Under the pieces are notes generated by a model. It was not told the DNA's origin. It did not search any database and saw only the letters and a program-made list of their open reading frames with translations. Positions 23,291 to 36,481 of a DNA stretch of 64,000 nt are shown piece by piece; within the stretch, counting starts at the first letter, position 1, and every line of letters begins with the position of its first letter. The DNA is from Paragordius varius (taxonomy: Eukaryota; Animalia; Nematomorpha), in the NCBI GenBank assembly GCA_964247055.1, contig OZ176058.1, positions 4,960,001 to 5,024,000 on the forward strand, in the 5' to 3' direction. The translations under genes and the position numbers were made by a program.

Positions 23291-23610
23291 ATTTGGTTCT
23301 TATAGTCTTAATTGCTTCAACTTGCGTTCGTTTTTTATCGATTACAATCCCCTTCTGTACCTAGTCAAGGTTACCCTTTCCAAGAATTCGTCTTTCTAAA
23401 CTCATGAGTTCCCATGAAATCGACCACGGATCCGCTATATCCATAGGTGAGGTGATTGAAAGCGCCCCTGAACTGTTGACATTTGGAATAGATGTAGTTA
23501 CCCCTTTGTAAGCTTTTCTAGTTAGTAATTTTATCTCTTTGGGTTTTTTTATTATCATCCAAAGATGCTGCTTTACCTTTAGTTGTGTCGATTTTAATTT
23601 CTTTCCTCTT
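23291..23610 (-). pseudogene. Receptor tyrosine kinase exon (juxtamembrane region and kinase subdomains I-II) with an in-frame stop
   Basis: Reads RGKKLKSTQLKVKQHLW...DIADPWSISWELMSLERRILGKGNLD*VQKGIVIDKKRTQVEAIKTIRTK, resembling DPWEI...L.L.R.LG.G.FG.V.KG....VAVKT. Flanked by AG (23611-12) and GT (23289-90). Confidence 0.65.
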
Positions 23611-24751
23611 CTTTGAATTAATCGTATACAGTAAATTATTATTTAATTTATTTTTTTGCCATATAAGCTAAAGATTTGTTTTTAACCGGTTAGATTAATA
23701 CCAACTCTGCTATGATAGCTTCTTAATAATTAAATAGTTTTTTTAGGCCTTATCAATTTACCAGATTAATTTATTAAATAGATGGCATGTAAAATTATTA
23801 TTTAGATATTTTATAAACAGATTATTGCCAGTATTTTTATAGTAAAATATTTTTACCTCGTACGCAAATATCTTGACTACAACAATAAAAATCATCTCAG
23901 AAAATATTTATGTAGATAAGTGGAATGCTTTGAATTATAATTTTGGGTATTCTTTAGTGATAAAATCTCTATTTGTTCATTGTGAAACAACTATGGCTTA
24001 AGGGCTAAGTGCCCCTTAAAATAAATTTTCTATTTTGTATGTTTAAAGCTTAAAAGTTAAATTAAATGGCAAAAACGCGTATAAATGATTATTAAAAAAT
24101 AAATATATAATTTATTTAATAAATATCTGCTTTTCAGTTATATTTGTATAACCTTTTTGGGATAAAAGAAAAAATATTTAAAACGAAATCAAAAAAATAT
24201 ATATAAAATGGTGATATTGATGTGTGGTAAAGGTAATAACTAATGAAAAAAACCAGTAATTAGTGGATAAAATTAATTATAAATATGTTTAATTAAAAGA
24301 TGAATGTATTATACATTTGTTTTATTATAATTGGTTTGTTTAAAATTTAACCTAAAAACATATTAACCTCTCTAATTTAATCATTACTCCCAACTAAATG
24401 ATGATTAGAAATGTAATTAAGCTAACATTTACACAAACGTTTATTTTAATGCAAACGGAGGGCTTGCGGAACCAACGCGTTTTAATGACTTAAAAGTTTA
24501 ATATTTTATTTGTTAAATATGGAATATAATAAAATAATTTAAGAATATCTTTATTACTTTTTTTGCATATTTAATGTTCTTTTCTAACTTTTTATATCTT
24601 TAATATTATACCTGTTATATAAAATTTTTAACCTTAAACATGAACTTCTTGTTTAAACCAAATGATATATCTTACTATAACATAAACAACCATGATTGAC
24701 TTATAAATTACCAGATTATGACATCAAAATAAATTAATATTTAAATTTATA

Positions 24752-25978
24752 CATTGTGTGCAAAAAAATTTTTAACGAAAAATTTTTTTTTCATGAGATA
24801 GCTTATGACGAGCGTATTCATTTGTCGAAAAAATTTTTATTTGTTGACAACCTAGTTTTTGAAATATTGAGAGAAAATTGAAATCGGGCAAAAAGTGAAA
24901 ATTAAGGATGATTCAAAAAATAAAATCTGAAATATTATCGTTTATTATCATTTTAGGAGATATTTTCAATATATAAATAGACTAAAATCATATAGTTAGG
25001 GTTTCTATAAAATTTCAGGTCAAAAGCTGGCGTTTTTCTTTTATCATACTTAAAGATAAAAAATTTAATGAAACTATATTAAAATATTTTTTTTAATTAT
25101 TTATTACCTAAACTCACTATTAAAATCTTAACATTCATATTTTATTCAGGATTAAACTTCTATATCAAAATAAAACCAAAAATATTGTTTTTTAATTTTC
25201 CATTTTTTTGTCATCTGGTTTATAAGTGTATAAAAAATTTATACTGTTTTATTTTGGATTCTTACATGAGTGAGAATTATCATGTATATAATTTATGCAA
25301 AATAGGATTAAAAATTAGTGGAATATCAACCAACGATCCGTACAAATCCCAATAAAAATATTAATTTATCATAAAACATTGTTACAGGAAATTGTAAAGA
25401 TTGTTGGTTGATATCCACTACTTTTAAAAGATTATATACCTAATAATTCCTAATCATGTAAGAATTCAAAATAAAACAGTATAAATTTTTTATATACTCA
25501 TAAACCAGATGACAAAAAAAATGGAAAAATAAATAACATACTTTTGGTTTTATTTTGATTTAGAGGTTTATTAATATGATTGTTAAGATTTTAATAGTGG
25601 GTTTAGGTAGTAAATATTTAAAAAAATATTTTAATATAGTTTCATTAAATTTTTTTATCTTTAAGTATGATAAAAGAAAAACGCCAGCTTTTGACCTGAA
25701 ATTTTATAGAAACCCTAACTATATGATTTTAGGCTATTTATATATTGAAAATATCTCCTAAAATGATAATAAACGATAATATTTCAGATTTTATAATTAT
25801 TTTTTGAATCATCCTTAATTTTCATTTTTTGCCCGATTTCAATTTTCTCTCAATATTTCAAAAATTAGGTTGTCAACAAATAAAAAATTTGCGGCAAATG
25901 AATACGCTGCTCATAGGCTATCTCGTGAAAAAATTTTTTTTCGTTAAATCAAAATGACCCTCTTTTTTGCACATAGTG
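24752..25978. mobile_element. Foldback element with ~590-bp inverted arms, TA-flanked
   Basis: ta|cattgtgtgcaaaaaa ... ttttttgcacatagtg|ta. Arms match throughout (e.g. gggtttctataaaatttcaggtcaaaagctggcg versus cgccagcttttgacctgaaattttatagaaaccc), with a short central spacer near 25345-25390. Confidence 0.88.
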
Positions 25979-26022
25979 TATATATATACAAACATAAAAG
26001 CTAGAATTGCAGTTGTGTATTA

Positions 26023-26275
26023 TATTAAAAACTGAATTATACGGGCAAAACGTAAAAATATAAATACAAAATTTTTTTAAAAACCATAATTTTTGAAACC
26101 TTAATTTTACAATATATAACTTACAGTATCAACTATATAGTCTGAGATAGAGATTTTATTGGTAACACAATCCATTATATAATTTGCACTATAAAACAAT
26201 CAAATATATTAAAATAGAATAAAATATTTGTCTTTATATTTTTACGCTTTATCTGTATAATTTCAATTTTTACTG
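26023..26275. mobile_element. MITE family M1 (degenerate left end)
   Basis: gaattatacgggcaaaacgtaaaaatataaa ... gtataatttcaatttttactg|ta. Confidence 0.7.
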
Positions 26276-27004
26276 TATTTCTTAAAATATGCCCTAGATA
26301 TAAATTAAAAAGTTAATTGAACTATTTTAATTTTCTAGTGGTAACCAGTATAACCTTTTTATTATTTCACACAAAAAAGCTAAGAAATCAACCAAAAAAG
26401 GCAATCGTCTTACCTGTCAGGCATCTCCTTCATAACTAACAAACCGTTTTAAAGTTTAATGCATAATACGAATTGTGTTATGCTATTCTTGGAATCATTT
26501 TTGTACTCACCTATTTAAAGGTCCCAGGTTTGATGGAAAAATCGTTGAAATTATAATTTTAACCATTCAATCATGTCATGCTGTTTACATTGTCCTTTAG
26601 ATATTTCTGTTTATTATATAACTTTTAATAATTTCAAATTTGATAAATATTTAAACAAGCTTTTCGTCAGTTATCCTCTTTTGAATCGAAGAACATAACA
26701 TAAAAATATGTTAAAGCTAAAATATTCAGGCACAGAATTATTAAACAGCAATCCTTGCCTTTGTTTTCTCTAAAAAATATATCAATATATAAACTCCATT
26801 TGTAGTCAAACTTATTTTGTATTATTTAATAAAAATATTTACTGGTTCAAAACAAAAAAATGAAATCTGCGTAACTACTTTAATGCATTGTATAAAAATT
26901 AATCTTACCTCAATGTGGATATCAATAATTATGGTTTATCCCACTGTTCAGCTATACTTTTTTAATCCTTAATATCCTAAAAACATTCAATTCCAATCGT
27001 ATAT

Positions 27005-28676
27005 ATATTTCAAAATTGTAATGGTAATAAACAACCTCTTTGTTTGATATGCAATGAATTATTGGCTTCGGAGAGTATGAAACCATTAAAATTAAAAAGA
27101 GATCTTGAATCAAAGCATGTTTCATATGTCAATAAACTTTAAGAATATTTTGAAAGCCTGTGTATTTCTTTAAAAACATCAAAAAATTTATAACCGTTTA
27201 TAAAAAATATTTACTAGAATCATATGAAGTATTATACTGTATTGCTAAAAATAAAAAGCCGTTCACCACTAAAGAAAATCTTGTGTTACTACCTGCTGCT
27301 ATTAGAATGGTAGAACTAATACATGGAAGAAAATATGGCGATTATATTAGAAAAATTCCTTTGTCGAACGAGTCTGTGGAAAATATTTTTGATATTAACA
27401 ACAATCAATTAATACAACTTATGACAAGAATTTAAGAAAGCCCAGAATTTTTGCTTCATTTGGATGAAAAAACTGATATTACTAAATTGGCTCGTTGTTA
27501 CTATATGTCAGGTACGTTTATAATAAAGAAAGCGTGGAGAAATTTGTTGTGTGGAAGACCAACCTACAGAGTAAAACATATATCGTAAAGTTGACTAATT
27601 TTTAAAAGCAGGAGGTTTAGAATGGAAAAACATCTGTGATATATGCACAGATGGTGCAAAGCGATGACGGGAAAAAATATTGGTTTTATATCATTTTTTT
27701 AAACTGCTCATTATGATCATATAATTACATTACCTCATTCACCGAGAGGCTTTAGCAGCAAAAAAATAGCATCAGAATTGAATCATGTGCTGGAGGATGC
27801 TGATAAGGTCATAAATTTTATTAAGATCCATGCTCTTAACAGTGGCTTATTATTAAATCTCTGTAAGGATATGGATTCCAACTATACAACTTTGTTATTA
27901 CATGCAGAAGTAAAATGGTTGTCAAAAAGTCAGAGTTTAAAAAGATTATTGTAGTTAAAAGGTGAGATCTAATTATTTTTAACTGAAGAAAATTGTCAAT
28001 TTGTTGCTTTATGACTTGTGGCTATCCATGCTCTGTAATTTGTCAGATTTTTTGTGAAGTTGATCTTAAATTGTCTCTTCAAAGAAAAAATTGCAAAAAA
28101 TTTACTTTATAAGATGAAATTAAAAGTTTCATAGATTTGCATTTGAAAAAGTAGGGTGGAAAAAATTTGTTCAAAATGTTTCCAGTGTCGACAATTTTGT
28201 AATTAAGAAAATTCATTGTAAAACTTTTATTAAAAAACTATTGTAGATCACTTAAAAGCGCTAGAAATACAGTTCTGGACATATTTTATATTAAATGTTG
28301 ATTTACAAAAAATAGGTTGGATTTAAAAACCGTTTTGGATTGGCTTAAGTAAGATTGATCATCTGCCACTTAAAGCTCAGGAGGAATTTGTGAGCTTTCG
28401 TGATCATACTAAAAACTACAATTCCAAAAAAAGTACATGGAATTCTGGATCGGAACTAGAAATGAACCCTGAATCGCCGATATGGCGTTAAATGTACATC
28501 TGCCACTCAATACCACATATTTATATGAAGTTACATTCTCAGCTTTAACACACATTTAATCCCAATATCGTTTAGCTATAAAAAAAGTGAAAAGGTCCCT
28601 ACCTTCATTAGTTTCAAACATTACCCCAAGATTTGATTCGTTATGCGATAAAAAACAGGCACATCCATCTCATTAA
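27005..28676 (+). pseudogene. Decayed hAT transposase (Buster/Charlie, ZBED5/SCAND3-like), copy 1
   Basis: BED-finger remnant QPLCLICNELLASESMKPLKLKRDLESKH, DE.TD and CTDGA catalytic-region remnants, LLLHAEVKWLSK, and terminal KQAHPSH*. Many stops and frameshifts. Confidence 0.85.
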
Positions 28677-29689
28677 ATTTTTAACGTAAACTTTAATTTA
28701 ATATTTACCACGCAACTACATGGATATATTCGAGAGAATGAAGACGGTCAGAATCCACTTTAGTGCATGTAACTATTATAAAAACATTTCTATAGCATTT
28801 CGCGCAAATCTCAGTTTTAGATTTTTATATGTTTCAAAACGATTTCTAAATTTAAATATTTTCATATGCATATGTATTTGTTATTTAATAAATATATCAT
28901 TAAAAAATATTAATTAAATTAAATATTTGTTTTTATGTTTTTGCAATTTTTTCTGATTGAATTTTTACTGTAAATAGAGCAATTATATAAGTCGTAAGCC
29001 CACAAACCACATTTTTCTATTCTAATAATCATTATATATATATATATCCGGCTATATAAGACACTGATAGGAGACTAGGATATTTTTGGGATTAAATTAA
29101 TTAAAATACCACTGGTCATATAAAGATAATGCTCTTTTGAAAACATATTAAGCTTTATTTGAATTTAAATAGCTAATGAAGATAATGAACCCAAAATTAA
29201 TTAATTGTGATAATTATTTATAATTAAAAACAGTAATTATAATAAAATAAATAATTTTTGGTAAAGTTTTTTAAGGGCAAAAATTAATTTCTGGCGAACA
29301 GCTATTTATAAAAGGTTACACATATTAAAAAATTTTATTTTCCAATTTAGAAGCCTTATAAATATCGAAGCTTATTGATATATGTGCTAAAATTATTTAT
29401 TTAGTTATTGAATTAAATTTGATTCTACTTTATACTCAAAAAATTAGAAATCATTAAACCAAAACCGTTTTAATAATATTGGTTTTGTAGACCAAGTTTT
29501 TTAAATTTATTGTGCAAAGTAAGTATTGTTTCACTCTTATATAATAATTTATAATAATCTGATGTACCTATAATTCCTATCCTTTAAATTAATTAATATT
29601 TGCAATATAAAGTATATAAAAACCAGTTTATTCAATTTGAAGCACGAACATCTTTAATTAAACAAATAATTTGGTTTTTATTGAGTTCT

Positions 29690-30715
29690 CTTTGTAACCC
29701 TGACCTTCTTTGCCTAGTTACAGATAATTTCAAGCTTTTAATAAACTCATATGGCTTCATAAAATTTCAATAAATCAGCTCCAAAACAACGCAATTGCTA
29801 TATAGTGCGCAGTTTTTGGCGGGTAGTTCCTTACCCAGGGGTTTAAAAAAGCGTTGGGCAAATTTTTTACCTTAATAAGGACAATGTCTGGAATTATCAT
29901 GGATTCCATATGTTCCTATTAGTCTCATAGGTTTCCTTAAATTTGGCTCCAAAGGCATGCTGCATCGATATGGCGACTCAGTTGTTGGTGGGTAGCCCCC
30001 TACCCAGAGGCCAATATAAAAAAGACGTTCAATAAAAATTTTGCCTTATAGGAGAAATCATCATTCATTCCATATGTTCTGAATAGTTTAGAATGGCTTT
30101 AAAACTAAGTAATATTTCAATGGTAGCGCATTTTTTAGGGCGTAAAGGGCCTATTTAACCGCTTAAAAACCACCCCTCGACTTAAATTTTTGCCTTTTTA
30201 CGGGTAATATTTCAGGCCATTATAAAACTTATATGGCTCGATAAGATTTATGAAAATTAACTCCTAAACAACGCAATTTTGATATGATGGCGCAGTTGTA
30301 GGCGGGTAGCCCTTTACCCAGAGGCCAATATAAAAATGTAGTTAGATAAAAAATTTACCCTTATAGGGGAATACCGGAATCATCATTCATTCTATATGTT
30401 CTTAAAAGTGGTACAAAGGCTTCAAAACTAAATAATAGTTCAATGATATTGCATTTTTTAGGACGTAAAGGGCCTATTTAACCGCTATTATAAAAAATCC
30501 GCTCAAATTTTTGACCTTTTACGGGTAACATTTTATGCAATGATTGAACTCATTGACCTAGTTCTGAAATTTAGCCCCAAAAGCACGCATTTCGATATGA
30601 CGCGTCAGTTTTTAGCGGGTATATTCTTACCCAGGAGCTATCATTAAAGAAACGCTTAACTAACATTTTTGCCTTTTAACAGGAAATACCTGAAATCCTT
30701 ATTGAATTCTTACGG
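29690..30715 (+). repeat. ~157-bp monomer / ~313-bp dimer tandem array (second copy ~45000-46015)
   Basis: A-type units at 29786, 29950, 30263 and 30577 (aacgc...gcgcagtt.t.ggcgggta...tacccag). B-type units between them (gcatttttta.g.cgtaaagggcctatttaaccgc). Spacings 313 and 314 bp. Confidence 0.8.
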
Positions 30716-30720
30716 CATAC

Positions 30721-32573
30721 CAGTGGCGGACTATAAATTGTGGGCCCACCTGCAACATTTAAATACTGCACCCCCCTTCCCCCAAAAAATCATTTGCAGT
30801 TATCTTTTCACCTGGCGCATCACTTAGATTCGTAAAGAAATATTATATTTAAAAATGGTAATATTTACATGTCTTGCCATCCTGAGTCTAAATGTTTTGC
30901 GTTTATTATATATGATGGTTAGTACCCACCCCCACCCTAACCACCGCCAATCTTAAAGTATTCAGTTAATTAAAAAACTTATTAAGCGCATGTTGTTAAT
31001 CAGAAAATCTTTTAAAATTACGTTTTCTTGATTTTGCTTGAGCAAATTTTCTAATTATATCGTTTTTATCCATGATCAAGTTTTTAATTTTTCCCTTCCT
31101 TTTTGTTCACTTTTAAAACTGCCAGAAATTAATAAAGAAACAAACAATATCATTATGGCTAAAAATTAATGGATTGTAAAAAAATTGCATTTTTGCTCTT
31201 TCTTCCCTTAACTCAATAATATTAAAATTATGAAACCATTTTCTAAAAAAATTATGTGTAAATTGTCTTTCACACTGCATTATAAAACATACTATATTTT
31301 TAGGCTATATGATTATTGCAAATGAGATTTTATATGTAATTTTTAATAAAACATTATGTATAGCAGAAAACGCCATCTTTATATTAAATATAAAACATGT
31401 TATGGAGATTATTTTCTTAGTCTAACTTTGCAATTACAAGTCATAGTATTTCCTATCAAGCAATAGGTGGATGTATGAAACTAAAATTTTATGATGACAA
31501 TGTTTACCACGTGTCATAGTGTGAAAAGCATTTTGTCCTTGTTGTGGACTCATCAGCCACACATAATGAACACGGGTAAACACTGTCAGTTAGGAGTTTG
31601 TATATGTATACGATTTACAATTCAATTTCACCCTTAAACAATTCAACACCCTTGAACAATTCAAATTCACCCTTAAACAATTCAACACCCTTGAACAATT
31701 CAAATTCACCCTCGAACAATTTAAATTCGCCCTCAAATAATATATATGCTTTTTAAGATTAAAAATTACCAATATTTTTAAATATTTTTAAAAAAATAAA
31801 AGTTTTGTTTTAAATTAAAATAATACTGAAAAAATAATAAACATAACATAAACATATATTCCATATTAATAAGGTGTTATATTAGTTCGAAAATACATAA
31901 TTTATTTTTACGGTGAATTTAAATTGTTTAAAGGTGAATTTGAATTGTTCGAGGGTGAATTGAATTGTTCAAGGGTGAATTTAAACGGTAAATGGCATAT
32001 ACTGAGTATTTAAATTTAAGACCAATTATAGGTGGTGAAAGAGAAAACAGGGAACTTAAATCCCCGAGAGAACAATCGATTGTACTTAAATCAAATTAAT
32101 TATATCTCCTTTTAATCCATTAGCCGTACTATTACTTCTAATTACAAAGGTAAACTAAGAAAATAATTTAAATAATATTTATATTTTATTATTTTTTTAC
32201 AACAAAATAATTTAAGACTTGAAAATTATAAGTTTCATTAACTTTTGTTGTCAGTTATCTATTCCCATTTTATTTTTAACTATTTTTTAATTTTTTATGG
32301 TGTAAGAGTGTTTATTAATTATCAACTTGTAATAAAACCGCTTGTTGGAATAGTGAAAATGCATTTTTTTGCTCTTTATTCCTTTCAATCAATAATAATT
32401 TTCTTTATTTTTTGCCAGTATACTTACAATCAGGCAATCATTAATTACATATCTGTAAATAAAAAAGTTAATAAATTTTAGGCCCTCAATCAAAATAGAA
32501 AGGGGCCCATATTTAATATTAATAAAGGTCCCCTCCGTACCTCTCCCCCTAGCTCCCCGTAGTTTCGCCACTG
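30721..32573. mobile_element. Non-autonomous hAT element with 8-bp TSD (second copy 46025-~48054)
   Basis: TIR CAGTGGCG(G/A)ACTA ... TAGTTTCGCCACTG. TSD TCTCATAC is seen right of copy 1 (32574-32581) and left of copy 2 (46017-46024). Confidence 0.8.
31609..31998. mobile_element. MITE family M3 with inverted ends built from 21-bp minisatellites
   Basis: tata.catttac + (caattcaaattcacccttgaa)n ... (gggtgaatttgaattgttcaa)n + gtaaatgg.ata. Absent from the paralogous site at ~47455 (tgtatatata|ctgag). Other copies at ~52490-52780, 53001-53315 and 55556-55812; a fragment near 22050. Confidence 0.82.
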
Positions 32574-33641
32574 TCTCATACTTTGGGCGAAAAATACAAA
32601 AAATTATTTTGTGGACTTAGTTTTTTGAAACAAAATGGTATTTTACGGGGGGGGAGTAAAGTCGGGCAACCGAAAAAAATGTAAAAAAATTATATTTGAA
32701 ATCGAATGCTCCAACACGTTTTCCGGAAATGTCTCAAAGACACGATTTTTGTGGACTTCTGTTTTCAAAAAACGCGTTTTTATACAGGGTGGGCCCAAAC
32801 AGGTGGCCTAATTCATAAAAGGGCCAAGCTATTGTTGGAGCATTCATTAATTATTATATTTCTTCGACATTTGGATTTGAATGGGTATACCGGTTTTCCG
32901 GAAACAGATCACAAAGCCACCACTATATAGATTACTGTCGCAAATTTTTAATATTTATATAAAATTAGTCGACAATGACTGATAGGTGCATTAAAAAAAT
33001 ATTTTCTATGCAATAAACAGAAAAAAACCAGAACCGTTGTTCCACGTTAAGAGCCGCAACCGGAATAGTGTTTAAATTTTAATAACCGTTTTGTAACATG
33101 TTCCATCATTTAAACGGTTCTGGCACTGAAAAAAATATAAAAAACAGGAACCTCTACTAGCCAGAACCGTAGAATTGTACTACAGGCCAAATCTTTTAAT
33201 TTATTATGGAAAACTTTTAAATATTTTTACACTCTTATGTTATAATATGAAATACATTGAGTAAATTACTCTTTTAAATATTTTTGTTATGGGGAAGGGG
33301 TACTTTGAGTTAGATCAGATGAAATATAGTTCTATAAGAGGAGCAACATGTTAAAAATCCAATGCTTTCATCTGCAGTGTATTTGGATCTTCGTTTTAAA
33401 AGGGAAAAATGCACTGCAAGATATACATAAAAGTACATGTCATGCTGCGTACATTTTTTATTTTACATTATGTTTATTATATATTTGTGCATCCCTAATA
33501 AGCTCTAGCTTTTACCATAGTTTTAAACTTTATAAATTAATATTAAACAAGCGTGTCTTCAGTTATCCTATTTTGAATCGAAACACATTTATTGTCTGAA
33601 TGCAAAATACATAATAATATGTTAAAGCTATAAATATTTAA

Positions 33642-33705
33642 CACTTCGATTCAAATTGGGGTATCCTACCCCAATTTGAATCATAGGACTGAAATGAATG
33701 TGTGG
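33642..33705. mobile_element. Internally deleted mini-copy of MITE family M2
   Basis: TTAA|cacttcgattcaaattggggta-tcc-taccccaatttgaatc forms a 16-bp perfect hairpin joining the two subterminal repeats. Confidence 0.7.
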
Positions 33706-34093
33706 GCCACGCTTTGATTAGCACTGATTAGCTCTTTACTTTTTTTATAACTAGTTATGATGTAACTGACAACCTAAGTTTGAAATGGCAACTTTCATCA
33801 ATATTTGCAAACTTGAAATTATTTTTTCTAAAAGATGAAAATTAAACATGAGCTATTATAGGCCCTGTCCAATGAAAAAGAGTTTAAGAAAAATAAAATG
33901 CCTAATTTATATTTCAACTTAGTTTTTTAAAGGTGATAAATGCAATAGAAATATTATAATTTACAATTTTAACCAAGTATTAATGGAAATAATTTAAAGT
34001 TTTGAAAAGTATGGTTATCTTTTAGAAAAACATATTTTTCTTAATATTTTTACGTTTTGTCCGTATAATATCAACTTTTACTGTATTTTTAAG

Positions 34094-34787
34094 TTCAATG
34101 GAGCTATTATTAAAAGAATATCTAAGAAACCAGTTTAAAACTGCTTTAGACCAGAAGAATCAAAACTCTGCTAATACTGTTTACAAGATTGAATATGAGA
34201 AAGGGTTAGTTAGTAAATAATGATGTTAGATGGCTCTTAATGTTATATCTAATTTAAAGATACAGTAAAATTTAATTTACACCGACAAAATGTAAAAATA
34301 TAAAGACAACCCATACTTTTTTAAACCCTAATTTATCCTATTAAAAACATTTAATAATAATGGTAAAATATGTGATGATTGTATTACCAATATACATCCT
34401 ATTCTATATTGGGAATTTTAATAAAATGTATTATATTAAAAAATCAAGTTTAGTATTGTTGTATTTAAGAAAAAAATATTTGTCTCTATATTTTTACCAT
34501 TTGTCCGCGTAATTTCAATTTTTACTGTAATACTAAAGCTTGAATAAATGGATATTTTAATGTATTTACTAAAACAATATTTATTATTAGTAATATATTA
34601 TGACTTTGTACAAAAAATTAAGGTTAAACTAATTTTTGATGTTGCGGATTACTCAGAATCAATTGAGATTTTCCGTCTAACAAGCCGGTAAGTAAAAATC
34701 CGTTCAGTGGAATTTTCAATTTCTCCTATCATAGAACATAGAATTGAATTATTATTGAGACAGAATGACACCAATATTAAACTTAAG
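34094..34787 (+). other. Candidate cluster of small coding exons of an unidentified gene (34094-34208, 34623-34687, 34742-34787; possibly also 36787-36897)
   Basis: GC-richer open segments with AG/GT ends (one consensus GTAAGT) join in frame as SMELLLKEYLRNQFKTALDQKNQNSANTVYKIEYEKGL/VKLIFDVADYSESIEIFRLTSR/IELLLRQNDTNIKLK. I had to choose among nearby alternative sites; no motif recognised. Confidence 0.33.
34263..34527. mobile_element. MITE family M1
   Basis: ta|cagtaaaatttaattta ... gtaatttcaatttttactg|ta. Confidence 0.75.
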
Positions 34788-35916
34788 GTAAAATTTAAAT
34801 AAAATTTCGACATCATTATTTTTGTATAAAAAAAGATTAAACCTTACACTTGACAGTAATTTTCGAAAAAAAAACACATCATAATATATGTGAAAGTGAT
34901 ATTTTGGTGTTCTTGATCTCATTAACGCTTTTACAATGTTTCATCAAAATATACTACATGAATTAAATTTATGTTTTTTAAAAATATTTTAAATGGTTTT
35001 AAGGTGATAACATTTCACCAATAAATTATAAAACAAACTGTTATAACAATGATAAAATATTGTCAACTGAAATATGGTTATTATATATGTAATGCTTTTT
35101 CAAACTCAATATTTTTACCCGTAAAAATAGTTGCTTTAACTATCGGTGTAGTTTTAGACCCCAGCAAGATTTTCAAGGAATGAATTAAAAATTTCTTTAT
35201 TTCATAAAATATAAAATTGTGAAAATACCCATCTCAGTCTTTTTAGCCCTTATTTTTTCTCATTTTTATGAAAAGACATACAAGGCAAATATATGTATAT
35301 TATGTTTTTAAAATTATTAACTTTAAAGCTTTGAATTACATTTTAACAACAAATTTTTGATATTTATATATTTTATGATACCTGTTGGTTTCAATCGGGT
35401 TTTTTAACAAGCTTGTTTTAGATTGTAACTATTTAATATATCATAAATCCCAATTACGGACTCTATAAGATTTATAAGCTTTTATCTTGAGAATGTTAAT
35501 AGAAAGTAATCCAGAACAAATCTACCCTATAAACTAATCGTCAAAAAATGATAAGATTATGAAGTAAATTGCTATAATGATTATTTTTCAAATAGAATGT
35601 GTCCATAAACTGCGTCACTAACATCGTTTGGACAAAGTAAAGACGGTTAAATTTAATATATATATTTTATTCATTCATCACCTTAATACTGATTTATATT
35701 TGGTATTAAACTTAAAGAACAATTTCAATATTTATATACAAATTTAAAATAATTTAACGATAATCATATGCTTTTTATGTAATTTTGATATATTTTAGTG
35801 ATGTTTTTTAAAAAGAAGTTTCTAGCTTTGACCAAAAAAATATTATTTAAAAAAATGCGCAGATTGTACCCTTTGATATGGACCACTTATCACAAAGGTG
35901 TTATTAACTTTCTTAA

Positions 35917-36481
35917 CACTTGGTAAAACACATTCATTTTAATCCTTCGATTCAAATTGTGGGGTAGTTGGATACCCCAGGCCAGTTTAAAATTAAATTC
36001 TTTAAAAAATATGGAAGGAATCAAAACCATGGCAAAATTTTGCACTTACATAACATTAGTAAACCGAAATATATAAAAGATTTTATTCAAAAATACTTGA
36101 TATTATTTATTTTAAGCTAAAACCGAAACGTAAAAATTTCGTCAACGTGACATGTGTCAAATTGTAAAATTAAAAAAAAATACAAAATAAACCGCTTTTT
36201 CTATTTCTATCAATGTTAGATGTAATTAATATTAAAAAAGCTTTAGTTTTACCCTTGTTATTTGGAAGACAATATATTGCAAAAATTTTGTAAAATAAAA
36301 ATGGCGTCGAAGTAGTTTTAGATGAAACTTTTTTTTCAATATAAAATTTTATCAAGATATTTTGGCTTTATATATTTTTTATCAGGATAGAAGCATAAAT
36401 TTAAATTGGGACCGTTCAGTATTTTTTTTAAAACTTAAATCTCGTTTTGGGTATTTAGATAACCCAATTTGAATCGAAGTG
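35917..36481. mobile_element. TTAA-flanked piggyBac-like MITE, family M2 (opposite orientation to 21139)
   Basis: TTAA|CACTTGGTAA...TTCGATTCAAATTG ... CCCAATTTGAATCGAAGTG|TTAA. Confidence 0.85.

Larger units (their letters stand above)
27005..33435 (+). repeat. Segmental duplication, copy 1 (copy 2 at ~42168-48961)
   Basis: Continuous collinear similarity across hAT remnant, AT-rich DNA, the 157-bp array and the CAGTGGCG element, ending at tgcactgcaagatatacataaaagta. Copies differ by many substitutions and by copy-specific MITEs. Confidence 0.9.

Noticed and set aside
26414-26560. Two consensus donors on the minus strand (GTGAGT, GTAAGA) around a 22-nt micro-exon
   Set aside because: Every phase combination I tried hits a stop codon, so no coding model is supported. 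They could be non-coding exons or relics.
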